Of a stretch of 64,000 nucleotides of DNA, positions 62,671 to 64,000 are shown one piece after another; within the stretch, counting starts at the first letter, position 1; every line of letters begins with the position of its first letter. The notes under the pieces were generated by a model. It ran no database searches, was not told where the DNA came from, and saw only the letters and a list, made by a program, of their open reading frames with translations. A program made the translations under genes and the position numbers. This DNA is from an uncultured Acidobacteriota bacterium (lineage in GTDB: Bacteria > Acidobacteriota > UBA6911): positions 192,001 through 256,000 of the forward strand of contig CAWJKZ010000015.1 in the NCBI GenBank assembly GCA_963843575.1. The letters run 5' to 3'.

Positions 62671-64000
62671 TCACTTCAACCTGGCCGCGGCCTCTGTCGC
62701 ACCGTCCTCCGCCGCCAGGACCCCGCGGGTCGCGAGATCCTCGATCCAGCGTCGGGCGTCGTCGACGCCGAGCCGGCCGATCTGCTCCAGCGCGGTCTTC
62801 CATGTGCCGGCCCGGGCCGCCAGGCTGCGCGGCAGAATTTCCTGCACGGCCAGCTCCCCCTCGGCTTCGCCGAGGAATGCCGGGATCCCCATGCCGTAGT
62901 GCAGGTCCGCCAGCCGGATTTTCAGGTCGCATATGCGCTCGAAGAGCACTTCCTCCCCGCCGGCCTGGTCCAGTTGCTCGTAGCTGTCGGGGATCGATGC
63001 CGTCGTCTGGCTGATCCCTATGCGGCGGCGCAGGAAGATGCCGTACTGATCGAGTTCGCGCTGAAAAGACGCGGACTGGTCTGCCGCCGGAACGATCGCC
63101 TTCAGTCGGATGGCCACCGGGGAGGAGAGGACGGGGCTGTTTTCGACTGTTTTTTCCCCCAACCACTGGCGGCCGAGCAGCAAGAGCTCCGATGCGGACA
63201 GGGCTGCGGCTGCCCGCAGGGGGCTGCCTGCTGCGAGCGCCTCCAACACCTCGTCGCGCCTGCGCGGGAGCAGCCTGCGCCGCAGATACGCCTCGCACCA
63301 TCGGCGCGTCTCGCCCTCGACCGCGGCCGTGGCGAGCAGCTCGCGTCCGAGCCGCACGGAGAGCGCCACGTACTCCTGCGCGCGGTCGCTCCGCAGCGCC
63401 CGGCGCACCGAGCGCATGCCTGCCAGCACCGTGGGAACGAGGCTGCGTTCCTCCCGATCGCCCAAGTCCTGGGCCCACTGTGCTGTTTCGAGACGGCTCA
63501 ACTCGAACCCGAGCCCGGAAAGCGACCCGGTGCAGTACGACCCTGTCCCGGCTTTCTGCTCGAGACGGGTCGCCGCCCACGGCCCGCCCCGGTCGGGTGC
63601 CCCGGCGAAGAAATCGTGCTTGCGGACGAAGTTCGGGTCGAAGGCCAGCACGTCGGCTTCCGGCGCCCCGTGAAAGGCGTAGCAGAAGCTGAGCAGGGTG
63701 ACTCCTAACTCGGTGTTCAACGCCTGGGCGACCTCGAGCGCGAGAGTTGCGGGCGCCGCCCCCCCCGCGCTTGGGGCGGAGGCGAGCTTGCCCGCCAGTT
63801 TTTCCAGGTCGGCCCCGGCGATCCCCTCGCGTCTGGTCCGGCCCTCGCCTGCGCGGGTGAGATCCACCGCCCGGATGAGCGACACGGCGCTGCGCAGCTG
63901 TTCGACGGTCGCGCCGGTTCCCGTCAATCGAAACGCCTCGAGGAGACGGTCCAGGGGGGTGACGCTCTGGTGCATGATTGCCGATTTCATGCGCTGCAGC
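62671..64000 (-). CDS. hypothetical protein, 5'-truncated by the window edge
   Basis: Long open frame running off the window edge, with GC-rich codon usage. Confidence 0.7.
   Translation of the reverse strand, partial: LQRMKSAIMHQSVTPLDRLLEAFRLTGTGATVEQLRSAVSLIRAVDLTRAGEGRTRREGIAGADLEKLAGKLASAPSAGGAAPATLALEVAQALNTELGVTLLSFCYAFHGAPEADVLAFDPNFVRKHDFFAGAPDRGGPWAATRLEQKAGTGSYCTGSLSGLGFELSRLETAQWAQDLGDREERSLVPTVLAGMRSVRRALRSDRAQEYVALSVRLGRELLATAAVEGETRRWCEAYLRRRLLPRRRDEVLEALAAGSPLRAAAALSASELLLLGRQWLGEKTVENSPVLSSPVAIRLKAIVPAADQSASFQRELDQYGIFLRRRIGISQTTASIPDSYEQLDQAGGEEVLFERICDLKIRLADLHYGMGIPAFLGEAEGELAVQEILPRSLAARAGTWKTALEQIGRLGVDDARRWIEDLATRGVLAAEDGATEAAARLK

Overview
GC-rich bacterial DNA, probably from Acidobacteriota (inferred from the tandem acidobacterial-type VWA protein, the zf-HC2/ECF-like pair and the general gene content). 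Both flanks are mostly housekeeping or metabolic genes: VOC, MBL hydrolase, IorAB-type molybdoenzyme, TMTC-like and GT39 glycosyltransferases, S9 peptidase, pdxH, zupT, proS, ilvC, tRNA-Arg(CCT), a doc-type toxin-antitoxin pair and a heavily frameshifted hoxEFUYH hydrogenase operon. Several REP-like palindromic repeat families are scattered between them. The main feature is a ~20.6 kb block (22363-42983), visibly lower in GC, that looks like an uncharacterised RiPP-type system. A + strand operon encodes an aldo/keto reductase, a stand-alone PqqD/RRE, a radical SAM with a twitch/SPASM-like domain, a B12-dependent radical SAM and a radical SAM with a degenerate SPASM domain. It leads into a 329-aa Met/Gly-rich protein carrying 14 invariant GGVRMGY motifs and four internal double-glycine-leader-like (D/N)V(S/T/A)GG sites, followed by a GNAT. 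Facing it on the - strand are a complete NHLM-type export cassette (TolC, HlyD, C39-peptidase ABC, second ABC, cNMP-binding protein), an ECF-like sigma factor, an anti-sigma/GAF fusion and a cytoplasmic S8 protease. All family calls come from motif recognition by eye; no searches were run.
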